Source: Eledone cirrhosa (Eukaryota). Taken from it: a stretch of 64,000 nt of DNA. A program made the position numbers and the translations under genes. Location of the stretch: assembly GCA_964016885.1 (NCBI GenBank), contig OZ024740.1, positions 257,672,001 to 257,736,000 of the forward strand, written 5' to 3'. This document shows positions 14,282 through 26,139 of the stretch, one piece after another (position 1 is the first letter of the stretch; every line of letters begins with the position of its first letter). The notes beneath the pieces are model-generated. The model was not told where the DNA came from, did not search any database, and saw nothing but the letters and a program-made list of their open reading frames with translations.

Positions 14282-14490
14282 ATTCAAAATATTAACAAAA
14301 ATAGACAATTCTTGTGATCAAGTATGTTTTATTATAAATAAATATTTCAGAGGTACTGAGCTAACTTCAACAGTACGTCCTCATCAGATAAAATAAGATG
14401 ATACATGACATACCCTGACATAGTAGATGGTAAAGATTCAGTCATGGTAAAACTCATTCTTTGATTTATTCATTGAACCTTGTTTAACCT
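14282..14490 (-). mobile_element. HHR-bearing PLE pseudo-LTR fragment
   Basis: Minus strand TTTTAT-CTGATGA-GGACGTACTG...CAGTACCTCT-GAAA at ~14328-14395. Homologous to 20340-20460 on the plus strand. Confidence 0.7.
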
Positions 14491-14491
14491 T

Positions 14492-14574
<83 letters not shown>

Positions 14575-14650
14575 CGAAGGAAATGTGGTAAGGAACCAGG
14601 TGGACCATAACGCACCAAAGTACTCAATACTTGAGGTAGTAGAGTGGGTA

Positions 14651-14764
14651 ATAGGAACCGGTAAGACCCCGACAGCTGAGCTCAAGCCGTTTCGACGGCT
14701 AATTCTGGACTCCAGAATTAGCCGTCGAAACGGCTTGAGCTCAGCTGTCGGGGTCTTACCGGTT

Positions 14765-14769
<5 letters not shown>
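14651..14769. repeat. Perfect palindrome, 59-bp arms, 1-nt spacer (centre 14710)
   Basis: ATAGGAACCGG...AATTCTGGA-C-TCCAGAATT...CCGGTTCCTAT. The adjacent 14585-14650 is homologous to 28650-28716 (minus). Confidence 0.95.
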
Positions 14770-14818
<49 letters not shown>

Positions 14819-15627
14819 AGTGTGTGTGTGCGTCTATATGTATATACATACATACATACATATACAGTATATATATTTGGAGGGCGTTTTTGTATGTATC
14901 TGAGTATATGTCTCGTAATTTAAAAGATAAATAAGAAAATAAAAGAAATCGATAAATTATATACTAGACCTGATCTAATACTAATTGGCTCAAAATTCAA
15001 AGCGGTTCCTTAACATGGCCACACTCTAATAACCTAAACCGGTAAAACAATAAAACAATATACATATGTATTACGAAGCGATTTATGAGTATTGAGATGC
15101 AAGTTCAGTATTTGGCCAGCGGTAGATATTTTCTCATCTCTAGTAGAAATAGTATACACACAGGGACTAGGCTCAGTTGCGTAGATTTATCTCTCACGTA
15201 AAAACTCGTAATTCCTATCAAATTATCAATATATAGATCAATAAATTATTGACTAATGAAATTATATAGCCACGTATATCAGCCACAAGTGATTCAATAC
15301 TATCTGTATTTATACATATATATCTAATTACACGAAACAAATGTCACAGATTTAATGTGGGTTGCAAACACAATTACAACCACATCCATAAATACAGACA
15401 AACACCAACACACACGCACAGAGCCAGGTCTATGCACACAGACACACCCATACGCGCAACAGACTCAAATACACACATAGACACCCATAAACACACACAC
15501 GCGTGCACATAAAATGATCTATATGCAAGTGTGTGTTTATATATCAATACATGCATTTATACATGTGTATGTTAGCGTATAAATACAAACGCACAGAGAC
15601 GCACACACAAACACAAACACATACATG

Positions 15628-15662
<35 letters not shown>

Positions 15663-15852
15663 GTGTGTGGGGGGGGGGGGGTGAATGTGTGTGTGTGTGT
15701 TTGTGTGTTTGTGTGTGTTTTTGTGTGCGTCTTTGTGCGTCTCTGTGCGTTCTCCCACTCTAAAGCGTGAAACTAATATTAACATTTGTACTGCCTCTTC
15801 GCTTTCACGTTGGTTTTTTGTTTTTTGTTTACTATCTCAACTATAAAATATA

Positions 15853-16130
15853 TCATCATCATCATCATCATCATCATCATCGCCGTTTTACGTCTGTTCT
15901 TCTACGCTAGCATGGGTTAGAGGGGTTGTCCTGAAGTGGGCAGTGTCCGGTCGGCTTACCTTGTCTTGCTCATACGAGAACTGATTCTGGCTTGATATCT
16001 ACAGTTGGATGCCCTTGCTAACACCAACCTCATTTACAGTGAGTTCTGGGGGGTTTTTCCGTGGCGCCTACACGTCCACTTTACACTGTGGGTTGGGTGC
16101 TTCTTGCCGTGGCACCTTCACGACCACTTT
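15853..16130 (-). mobile_element. RTE-related SINE or LINE 3' end with (ATG)n tail
   Basis: (CAT)n tail followed by a GGATGCCCTT..AACACCAACC motif typical of RTE-linked short elements. Confidence 0.45.
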
Positions 16131-16191
16131 GCAGTGGAATGATAGGGACACCAGTCCTATCATCTCATTTCTGCAGCTGAGTATACTGGAG

Positions 16192-16231
<40 letters not shown>

Positions 16232-16321
16232 TGCGAACATGAATGGACCTGTCATTTTTCTCCAAAAACATTTTTTTCCGATTCAGCCCTGCCCGTCCCT
16301 TCAATCTTTCTAATTTCTCAT

Positions 16322-16440
16322 TCTCTCTTCTGATGAAGGATTAGCACCCGAAACGTTATTACCCTCTGCCTGCCATTTCAAGCGTTAAACTACCATATTC
16401 TTTCCATTTACTGTACCGATTGTGTTATTATATCTGTTTA
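16322..16440 (+). ncRNA. Degenerate HHR motif, same family as 445-572
   Basis: CTGATGAAGG...CCCGAAACGTT followed by CAAGCGTTAAACTA. Confidence 0.4.
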
Positions 16441-17397
16441 TATATATATATAAAGAATTCAAATTTTGAAAGCCACCACAATGCAGGTTTAGACGGCGAA
16501 TAATTAAATCGTAAGAAACAGGGTTTGTTTGTTTACCTTAATTTATTCATATGTCCTGATATATCTCTTCTTCCGACGAAAATAAAGGAACTATTCCAGT
16601 GTCCGATGAGGCTTGATATACTATGCTGACCGGAAGTGGTTTTATTATTTAGTTATTCATTTATTTTACCTAAACTCTTTTGTGTTAAAATTAATGCCTG
16701 GACAGGTCAAGGGGCACAGAATTGTCTCCCTTTAAATCCGCTTAGACGTACATATATATCAATACACGTTGACACACATGTGCATGCATACATGTGTGTG
16801 TGTAAGCACGCACGCAAAAACTTAAATACACTTGAATGCATATATATAAATAAATATATATATATGAATGTATTAATAATATCTGAATTCAGAGTTACTC
16901 ACAACTTTAGGATTCAAGCATGTCCATGTTTAGACCCTAAAGTTTCATTATGTTTTGCTTTTTGGCATATAAATGTGTGTTTCTAAATAAGCAATCTATA
17001 ATTAGAAACTTTGAATCAGACACAATTTTGAATATTAAGTTAAATTATATTTCAGCTTCAACGGACATTTTTTACTATAGGAAATAATCTAATAATTACG
17101 GCATATAACCTACTTAACGAGCAAACACGTAAACTCTAATAGTGAAGTTTTTAGATATTGTTTACATGAGAAGGCCCATCTCCTGTCCAAATTGAAAGGG
17201 GCACCACATGATACCCCCTCACCCGACCTGCTAGAAATTGCACGATAATTATAAATCTATCGCATCAGAAGTTACCCCCCTAAACACTCTACCATCTCTT
17301 TTTGTAACGAACTCCTTTAAAGTGTTTCAGTTTTTTACACGCATATTACACATACACACATATGAGATTTTAAATTAAATCACGCACATATAGCATA

Positions 17398-18837
17398 CTA
17401 GCAGCGGTACCTCGCGTTGCACGGGATAAGGTATTTTGGAACGCGGGCCGCCAACAGACCTAATCGTGGAAAAACTGCATGTCTGAACAATATGTAAAGA
17501 AAATAAACCGAATAGTCTTATGGCTGGATAATCTTTAAGATTTTCCTCGATGAAGCAGGAAAAATGCAGGTTTTCACCTAATGCGAGCCCTAGGGGATCA
17601 AGAAAATAAATTTTTTTTTATGTGCATAATATGGCTTGAAATTTTGGGAAAATCGGCTAGACGTAACGCCTCCAAAAAGCCCTAAGTAGATGAAAAAATG
17701 AAGTTTTTCACCTAATGCAGGGCTTAGGCCTTAAGAGAGTTGGATTTTCTTTGCTTACGGTATGAAGAAGAGACTGACTAATACATAGTTACAATTTCAA
17801 GGAAATCGGTCTGACATAACGCCTCAAAAAACCCCTAAACATCTTAAAAAACGCAGTCTTTCACCTAATGCGGGAGATCAAAAAGTTGAATTGTTTATGT
17901 GCATAACACTCCCTGAAACATAAATAATACACATGTAAAGTTTTAAAAAAATCGGTTGGGTACTTCTCGAGTTTTAGGGATTCAAACTCACAGACACACA
18001 CACACAATTACAGACAGACATCCTCAGGGAGGTGACGTAATGCAGACAGTCAGACATACAGACAGATATTATAAGGGCGCGAAATTATATGTATGTATCT
18101 ATCTAAAAAGAGAAAGACTAAGAATTATAGAGCGAGATCGCTAAATCGTATAATGCAGGCCCTAGGGCATTGAAAATTTGAAATAATCTTTGCTCAGAAC
18201 ACTCCCTGAAACATAAGTATTACATGTCTAAAGTTTGAAAACATCGGTTTGGTGCTTCTCTACAATACTAAGCGGTAAAATAGTAACTTTTGTTCTCGTA
18301 AAGGCACGTAAGTAAGCAAACCGAAGCTATTACAGCGATGTTTTCTTTACCGGCTTTAATTTTTAGTGTTGTAAGAAATATATAACCTGCAAACCTGATT
18401 TTTGAATCGCAGCTGGGTCAACTTGATTTCACTCGCTCCACTAAAAGTTGGATTTTCTTTGCTCACGGTATGAAGAAGAGACTGACTAATACATAGTTAC
18501 TGGCTTTTATTTTTAGTGTTGTGTGAAATATATAACCGCCTTAGCTAAGCTTATTATTGCTGACGTAATGCAGACAGTCAGACATTCAGTCAGATAATAT
18601 AAGTGCGCGACGTTATATGTATGTATCTATCTAAAAAGAGAAAGACTAAGATTTATAGAGCGAGATCGCTAAATCACCAAATGCGGTCCCATTGAAATTA
18701 TTTTTGCTCAGAACACTCCCTGAAACATAAGAATTACATGTGTAAAGTTTGAAAACAGTCGGTTGGGTGGTTCTCTAGGTTTAGGGATTCGAACTAACGC
18801 ACACTCAGACATACATCCTCAGTTTTATAAATATAGA
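17398..18837 (-). mobile_element. Non-autonomous Helitron
   Basis: On the minus strand: 5' A|TCTATATTTATAAAA and 3' hairpin CCCGTGCAACGCGAGG then CTAG|T (insertion between A and T). Internal ~150-bp tandem subrepeats contain TTTTCACCTAATGC. Confidence 0.8.
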
Positions 18838-19189
18838 TATGCACGTTTCAAAATTTCTAGCCCCCACAAGTTCAGGAATCTGGAATTGTCTCCAGTGTTC
18901 TTGAAAAGGTGTTTTCCACTGTAGTAAAACCAAATTTGTTGGGCTAACGGTTTTTTTTCATTATTTTGTACTGGCGCCCGATGAGAAGGCAGCATTGAAA
19001 CGGCGCGTCTATTATATATTGGGAACCAGATCTGGACCTCGAAACCTAAGGTCGCGCCGCATACATGTTAAGTGTGGGAAATTCTAACTATGGTAAATTA
19101 GCTCTTGCAATATATTGAACATTGTTTTCCATGGTCTTATCTACGGATATCCTGGGTGTACGTATATATATATATATATATATATTACG

Positions 19190-19336
19190 ATCGACTTTCG
19201 TCAAATCGGACCGAGGAAACAATGTTTCCATTGGTCTTCCCAATTGCTAATACTATCTATCGGTCGCAACTCCAGGTAAAAGGAACAACTTGAAATAAAG
19301 TATCTTGCTCAAGGACATAACGCATCGCACGATTCG

Positions 19337-19340
<4 letters not shown>
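19190..19340 (-). mobile_element. SINE fragment (second family, CORE-like)
   Basis: AAGTATCTTGCTCAAGGACA motif; homologous to 57790-57920. Confidence 0.65.
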
Positions 19341-19380
<40 letters not shown>

Positions 19381-19656
19381 AATTTTTATTTTTGCAAATA
19401 AGTGTATCTGTATAATAACATAATCTTATTATTAGTTACGTATATCTCAGCTTTTGTTTTGTTTTTCATATATATCTATAGTGTATAATAACATAATTAC
19501 CGTTTTGGTTTAACGCTATATATAGTTTGTACAAATATATAGTTTGTGCAAATATAGATATTTGTACAATAGTATATTTATTATTCCTATCATGAAAGTA
19601 GAACTTATATAGAGATTTAATATAATATAACAAATATTAATTTATTACCATAATTC

Positions 19657-19690
<34 letters not shown>

Positions 19691-20360
19691 TTGCTGAAAA
19701 CTCTGCGTTAATCATTACACTAACTACTTGACAATTAATGTTTAGATATTTCTGACAATAAGTACTTCATAAGCTTTACATACCTAAAATGTTGACATTC
19801 TTATAGGTAATTTTCGTTAAAGATTACATTTAAGAAAATATTCAACAATGTAAATGTTCCTTTCTCTGGCCAGGTAAATCATTTAAATTTTGTCCTCATA
19901 AAATTCAGAACTTTAGAAATGATAACACATTTATAGAATTTATAAAATTAATAAATATAAATAACCATCAACGTTTTGATTCTTCACCCTTAAAATAACA
20001 TAAATTAAATATTTAGAAACTTAACCGTTTAGCTTTTAAGGAAAAACATTTTTTCTGCATATATTACTTCCCTTTATCTCTCCCTCTCTTTAAATCTTCT
20101 ATCAGTGGCTTTAATAAACAGTTATAATTCAAGAGACGTTTTCCTAGATAACCATAACTTGTAGTATCCCACATTTTAAAATCTCTATAGCTGTCACATT
20201 AAGCAACGTTTTTCTTACTCATACGTCCTCTATTGAATTTATTACGTTTTCGCATTTTCTCATTATTAGGGTATAAATGTTGAGTTTTCTCTTAGGTTAA
20301 TCACTACCTTGATTAAATCTTAACCATTTAACATCTCAGAGTATGTCATGTATCATTATA

Positions 20361-20411
20361 TTTTGTCTGATGATGGCGTACTATTGTACCTCTGAAATAT
20401 CTATAATAAAA
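20361..20411 (+). ncRNA. Type I HHR
   Basis: TTTTGT-CTGATGA-TGGCGTAC-TATT-GTACCTCT-GAAA-TATCTA-TA-ATAAAA. Confidence 0.65.
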
Positions 20412-20479
20412 TTTAATTGATCAAAAGAACATCTATTTTATTAATATTTGTATTTTAATATATATATATATTTATATAT

Positions 20480-20931
20480 GGAAAGTTATATTTAAATTGT
20501 TGGGTTAACAACGAGTAAATATTTATAACTGATATAAAAGCACTCAACAAGTATTTGGAGTATATTTATGATATTAAATAAATGGAAACTATATTTATAA
20601 AACCATATTTATTTCGTTATATATATTTCAGGGATATCATATTAACAATATGTTATGCCTTCTTCAGACAAAATACAATATAAACAGTCTTATAAATAAA
20701 TAGATACGACATACCTTTCAATCACCTTGCATTTGGGAGGTTGATTTGGCAAATCAACCTCCCAAATGCAAGGTGATTGAAAGGTATGTCGTATCTATTT
20801 ATTTATAAGACTGTTTATATTGTATTTTGTCTGAAGAAGGCATAACATATTGTTAATATGATATCCCTGAAATATATATAACGAAATAAATATGGTTTTA
20901 TAAATATAGTTTCCATTTATTTAATATCATA
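20480..20931. mobile_element. PLE pseudo-LTR perfect palindrome (20567-20931, ~182-bp arms, centre 20749) with an HHR in each arm
   Basis: Exact reverse complementarity around TTGATTTG-G-CAAATCAA. Plus-strand HHR at 20825-20886: TTTTGT-CTGAAGA...GAAA-TATATA-TA-ACGAAA. Mirror HHR on the minus strand at 20612-20673. Confidence 0.9.
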
Positions 20932-20980
20932 TATATTTATATATATATTTATATATATATATATATATTAATATATATAT

Positions 20981-21184
20981 AGGTACAAGGCCAGCAATTT
21001 TGAGGGAGGGGAAAGTCGATTAAATCGACCCCAGTGCGTGACTGGTACTTTATTTTATGAACCCCATAAGGATGAAAGGCAAAGTTAACCTCGGCGGGAT
21101 TTGAACTCAGATCATAAAGGGCCGTAACTCTTTGCTGAAAAGCATGGCGTTCGACCCTCTACTGATACTGCCAATCCACCGCCC
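20981..21184 (-). mobile_element. tRNA-derived SINE (main family)
   Basis: Family consensus; B-box GAGTTCAAATCC on the minus strand. Confidence 0.85.
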
Positions 21185-21465
21185 TATCATATATATAATG
21201 ATAGGTTGGGGATGATGATATCAAGCAGAAATAGAGAAAGATATGTACATGAATTATACATTTCCTTATTTTTGATAATGAAGAATATATAGTTCTAAGC
21301 GAAATAGATCGATGAACAAATATATTGATTGGGGAAATACTTACACCTTAATCTACACACACGGATCAATGGATGCATAAAGACGGGCACATACATCTAT
21401 CGATCCATACATACATGCCTACACACATACAGGCACACACAGACACACAGACACATATATATATC

Positions 21466-21522
<57 letters not shown>

Positions 21523-22016
21523 GAAGAGAGAGAGAGACGGAGAGAGATAAATATATACACCAATATAAATATACATCTTTAATCACACACTTACTGATCG
21601 ATATATCAGAATATTTGATTTTATTACTGTCATAAGATATGATGTAGAATATATTGTATGTTTAATTCCAAACACAATATCTCTTGTATGAATGGAAATC
21701 TTCGATCTTTGGTCAACAAAGATCGAAGACAAATAAGGGATGAACACGTACACTCAGAAAATACACTCAATAACCCTAAGTGGTTTCACCTTTCTGGATA
21801 ACTATAATATTATCTTACCTCAATCGTAATTTTATCTAGAATATTTTTTAATGTTTTCAAGCTTTTACTGTGAAATCACTTACGTACTTCAGGTGTTCTA
21901 CTTATACCTGTATCTATATGTGTGTTTGTGTGTTTGACTGATTGTTTGTTAGTTTTTGTGCTTGCTTGGTGGAAAGAGTGGTGTGTTGTGTCGTTGAGAA
22001 TGTTGTTTCATTTTAC

Positions 22017-22061
22017 CTTGTTTCTTTCCATTCAGCAGGCAAGAACGAGGACAAGCAGTAG
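22017..22061 (-). CDS. 45-nt symmetric (phase 1-1) internal exon of an unidentified host gene
   Basis: Branch point TGACTAAC (22080-22087), tract TCTCCCTCTCCCTCGCAG, donor AAG|GTAAAA. Frame x-TACPRSCLLNGKKQ-x. Confidence 0.65.
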
Positions 22062-22619
22062 CTGCGAGGGAGAGGGAGAGTTAGTCATACGATTAAGTTG
22101 CGTTGCATCCATGAGGGCATTTTATATTTTTAGTCATTTAACGCCAATGAAAGTTGGATAATCAACAGAATACGGGCCAGGCTATGAAGCTCTAGACTCG
22201 AAAATGAGATTTGGTAACATCCTTATGTAAGTAGAGTCAAACACCAAATGGTCTAACAATTCACAAAATCATGAATAATTTATGAATTTTTATCAATATA
22301 TCTATCTTCAGATAACCCCAATAGTAATAAACCCAGTAGCATTCCAAAAATATGTAGAACGATCACATAAATGATTAAAGAAAATCTGGAAGAAAATAAG
22401 TTTGGTAAATTGCTGGTTTTTCAGTGAAATTCTGAACAGAAACGTTGTTCATTATTTGAGTTTTTGCCCTCATTGGAATCATGACTGTATGACTATCTCT
22501 GTGACGGATGGCGCTAGTCAAACTAAATGGCCGGCCTCTATCACAAGGTGGTGGATTTATTTAATGGAGCCAGTTAAACTCATTTAGAGGGAATAACGAC
22601 GCATGTACAATGAGCAAAG

Positions 22620-23420
22620 TTCATCTATGACAAGATTGTCTGGAAATATTGATCCTTTGGATATTGCTTCACCAAAGCTTTAACTTATCTAGTTCTTAAA
22701 ATATGGTCGTATGAAACCGTACCCGAGGACTTCAAGAATGCCAATACCATCCTGCTCTACACAAATGGGGACAAATACGACTACGGAAACTACCGTGATA
22801 GTTTACTTCTATCAGACACCGGGAAAATGTTAATCCCATGTCAATCCTTATACTAAATGACTAACAATCGTAGACAATGACTACAGTATACTAGCCAAAT
22901 CCCAGTACAGTATTCCTCTAGGGAGATGCTCTTAAGACATAGTTTACCCCTTTCGTTATGTCCAGTAAACAGATCTATTTTATGGGATGTTATGTGGAAT
23001 AATAGCATAAGAGGAAAACTGAGAGTATTTACCACTTTGCAACACGGCAGAGAACAGAGCATCATCCTACAAAACCAAACTCCGAGAAATCGTTTTGAAA
23101 CGATAAAGTGGTGAAAAAGACTTGTAATCTTGCGTCCACTTTGCGATATATCTTAGATTTATAATCGGTGATACTTTCAATAACAACAGAGAACATGTAA
23201 GCCTTATTTATCTCACCGAAGTAAAAATACGGATCATCAAAGGCAACCTGGGGAAAATTGCTTTAAGCTGATGACTTAGTTGTCATCGTACACACGGAAA
23301 TAGAGAGTTAAATACTCTTGCTTCCCAATTCAACAGGGCTACCGTCAATTATGGTATTTCCAAGAACCCGAGAAAGTCGAAAATAATGGTGCAAACCGCT
23401 GGAGACCGCGTGAGATATTA
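22620..23420 (+). pseudogene. Highly decayed RTE-clade LINE RT fragment
   Basis: PEDFKNANTILLY..GDKYDYGNYRDSLLLSDTGKML resembles the RTE motif KKGD..CGNYRGISLLS..GK. A degenerate ADDL lies near 23270. Confidence 0.6.
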
Positions 23421-24181
23421 CCAAATATCTTTACCAACGACACCGCTCTACACGACACTAAATATTTCTACTACTAACTGTGATGTAATATTACTTGCAA
23501 AACCTCCATAGCGCGTGATTTGCAAAAACGATGTCTCTGTCGGTGTTAAAAAAATAGTATTATTCAATATCAAGTATCCAGTAACACCACCACTAACACA
23601 ACCACTAGCACCATCACTAACACCAGCAATACTATCACAACCACCATCTGCACCACACCATCACTACTACAACAACCACCACCTCAACAATCAGCTACAC
23701 CACAACTACCACCACCAACACCACCACATCCACCACCACCACCACCACCACCATCACCACCACCACCATTTTACCTATTGTTGCTATCATGCGACGCCAT
23801 CTTGACAGGTGGAACGGACGCTGTATGACAAGGTAACTGCGTAATTCATGCCAATTAAATACTGTTTAGTGGTTTCAGCTGTGGTGGAAGGATTGGTATT
23901 GGTGTAAATTGTAAAGATAGTGGTGCACTATTAATATTAGTGCAGTAGTAGTAGTAATGTTAATTGTATAGTGGCTGTGTTGTATTAGTTGTGTCAGTGT
24001 AGTAGTAGTGCCTGAGTTGTAGTGGTGGTGGTGGTGGTGGTGTTAGTTTAGTAGCGATATTATTGTAGTGCAGGTAGTGGTGAGGGTGTTGCTGGTGGTT
24101 GTAGTGTTGATGTAGTAATAGTGTTGGAGTTGTAGGGATATAGATGTAGTGGTGGCTGTAATAGTAGTGGCGTAGTAATAA

Positions 24182-24368
24182 TTGTTTCTACTTTTGGCAC
24201 AAGGCCAGCAAATATCCAGTACATTACTGGTACTTTATTTTATCGACCCCCGTAAGGATGAAAGGTAAAGTGGACCTCGGCGGGATTTGAACTCAGAATA
24301 GAAAGGGCCGTAACTCTATGCATCAAAGCATGACGTCCGACCCTCTACAGATACTGCCAATCCACCGC
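24182..24368 (-). mobile_element. tRNA-derived SINE (main family)
   Basis: Family consensus. Confidence 0.85.
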
Positions 24369-25099
24369 AATAATGTTAGTGAAGTAGTGGTCATGGTGAT
24401 TGTGCTGATCGTTGTCGTGGCGGTAGTAGTGATGTTAGTGGTGATTGTAGTGATGTTAGTGGTGTAATTGCAGCGGTGATGATGGTGATGGTGGAGATGG
24501 TGGTGGTGCTTTTTCGTGGCGTTGGTTGTTGTTTTCGACTAGTGATTTACTAGTAATATTAATGTTGTTCTAGTTGTGGGGGTCATGTTTGGAATAGTTG
24601 TGGAGAGTGGTTTTGACTGTGTTGGTGGTTACGAGGACGGTGATGAAAATGATGATAAGTATGATAATATTGAAATGTTTGATATTGATGATAATAATGA
24701 TGATGATAAGGTTTAGGACAATGATTATGATAATGAAGATAATGATAATGATGAACAGCAGAAGGAGGCGTAGGTATAAGAGGTGGATGTGAAATGTGTA
24801 TATAATGGATTTCCGCTCTTCTCTAGAACTAACTTCTAGTTATAAAGTCATCAAATTGTTTTCCTTTTACTTGAGATGGCATTTATAGTCATTAGGATAT
24901 AATTAGCTGCATCTGGTTTATAGTGGCTTCACAGAATCGTTAGGCATCGGACAAATTACTTTGCAGAATTTGTTTCGGAGTTCAAATCCACCGGACTCAA
25001 CTTTGGCTTTTTATCCTTTCCAGGCCGATAAGATTAAGTACCAGTCGAATACAGGGTGGATTTAATCGAGTCAGTTTTAAAATAATATATAAAATTTGA

Positions 25100-25696
25100 G
25101 TCAATTATAAAATAATTGTTTCTACTTTTGGCACAAGGCCACAATTAACCAGTGCATTACGGGTACTTTATTTTATCGACCCCGTGAGGATGAAAGGCAA
25201 AGTTAACCTCGGCGGGATTTGAACTCAGAATAGCAAGGGCCGTAACCCTATGCTTCAAAGCTTGTCGTCTGACCCTCTACCGATACTGCCAATCCACTGT
25301 CAATTATAAAATAATTGTTTCTATATTAGGCACAAGGCCAGCAATTACCGAGTACATTACTGGTACTTTATTTTATCGATCCCGTAAGGATGGAAGGCAA
25401 AGTTAACCTCGGCGGGATTTGAACTCAGAATAGCAAGGGCCGTAACCCTATTCGTCAAAGCTTGTCGTCTGACCCTCTACCGATACTGCCAATCCACTGT
25501 CAATTATAAAATAATTGTTTCTACTTTAGGCACAAGGCCAGTAATTACCCAGTGCATTGCTGGTACTTTTATTTTATCGACCCCGTAAGGATCAAAGGCA
25601 AAGTCAACCTCGGCGGGATTTGAACTCAGATCGTAAAGGGACGTAACTATGCTGGAAAGCATGGCATCCGACCCTCTACCGATACTGCCAATCCAA
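25100..25696 (-). mobile_element. Tandem trimer of the main SINE (~200-bp units)
   Basis: Units start with GTCAATTATAAAATAATTGTTTCTA at 25100, 25299 and 25499. Degenerate plus-strand SINEs flank it at ~24925-25070 and ~25725-25870. Confidence 0.9.
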
Positions 25697-26139
25697 TAAA
25701 CTAATATTACTAGATTATATAGAGTGGTGGATTGGCAGAATGGATAGAACATCGGGTAGAAATCTTTGCTCTATTTGTTCCTGCTTTGTACAATCCTGGC
25801 ATGGGTAATTTTCCTTTCCCAATCTTCGGATTGATGAATAAAGTATCAGTCAAGTACTGGGATCGATATAGTCAATGGTGTGCATTTCTTTGTTTATTAA
25901 AATCGAGGATGCAACAAAAGACGTTTTCTTTGCCTCGAGATAAACTCATGGTTTAATTAGCACACATGTCTTTATCTCTCTCTCTGTCTTTTTCGATCTC
26001 TTTCTCTCTGTATACACACACACACACAAACACACACACACAAATACACAGACACACTCACACACATACACACGCAAACACAAACACACACACACACACA
26101 CCCCGCGCGCGCATATATATATATATATATTGTCGAAAC

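Noticed and set aside
16570-16640. CCGATGAGG...CCGGAAG hammerhead-like motif (also CCGATGAG..GAAAC at ~18978)
   Set aside because: Core and stems are too degenerate to support a call.
25100-25696. CRISPR-like repeat arrays (also 9483-9605, 42092-42170, Helitron subrepeats)
   Set aside because: No unique spacers of constant length, eukaryotic context, and no cas genes.
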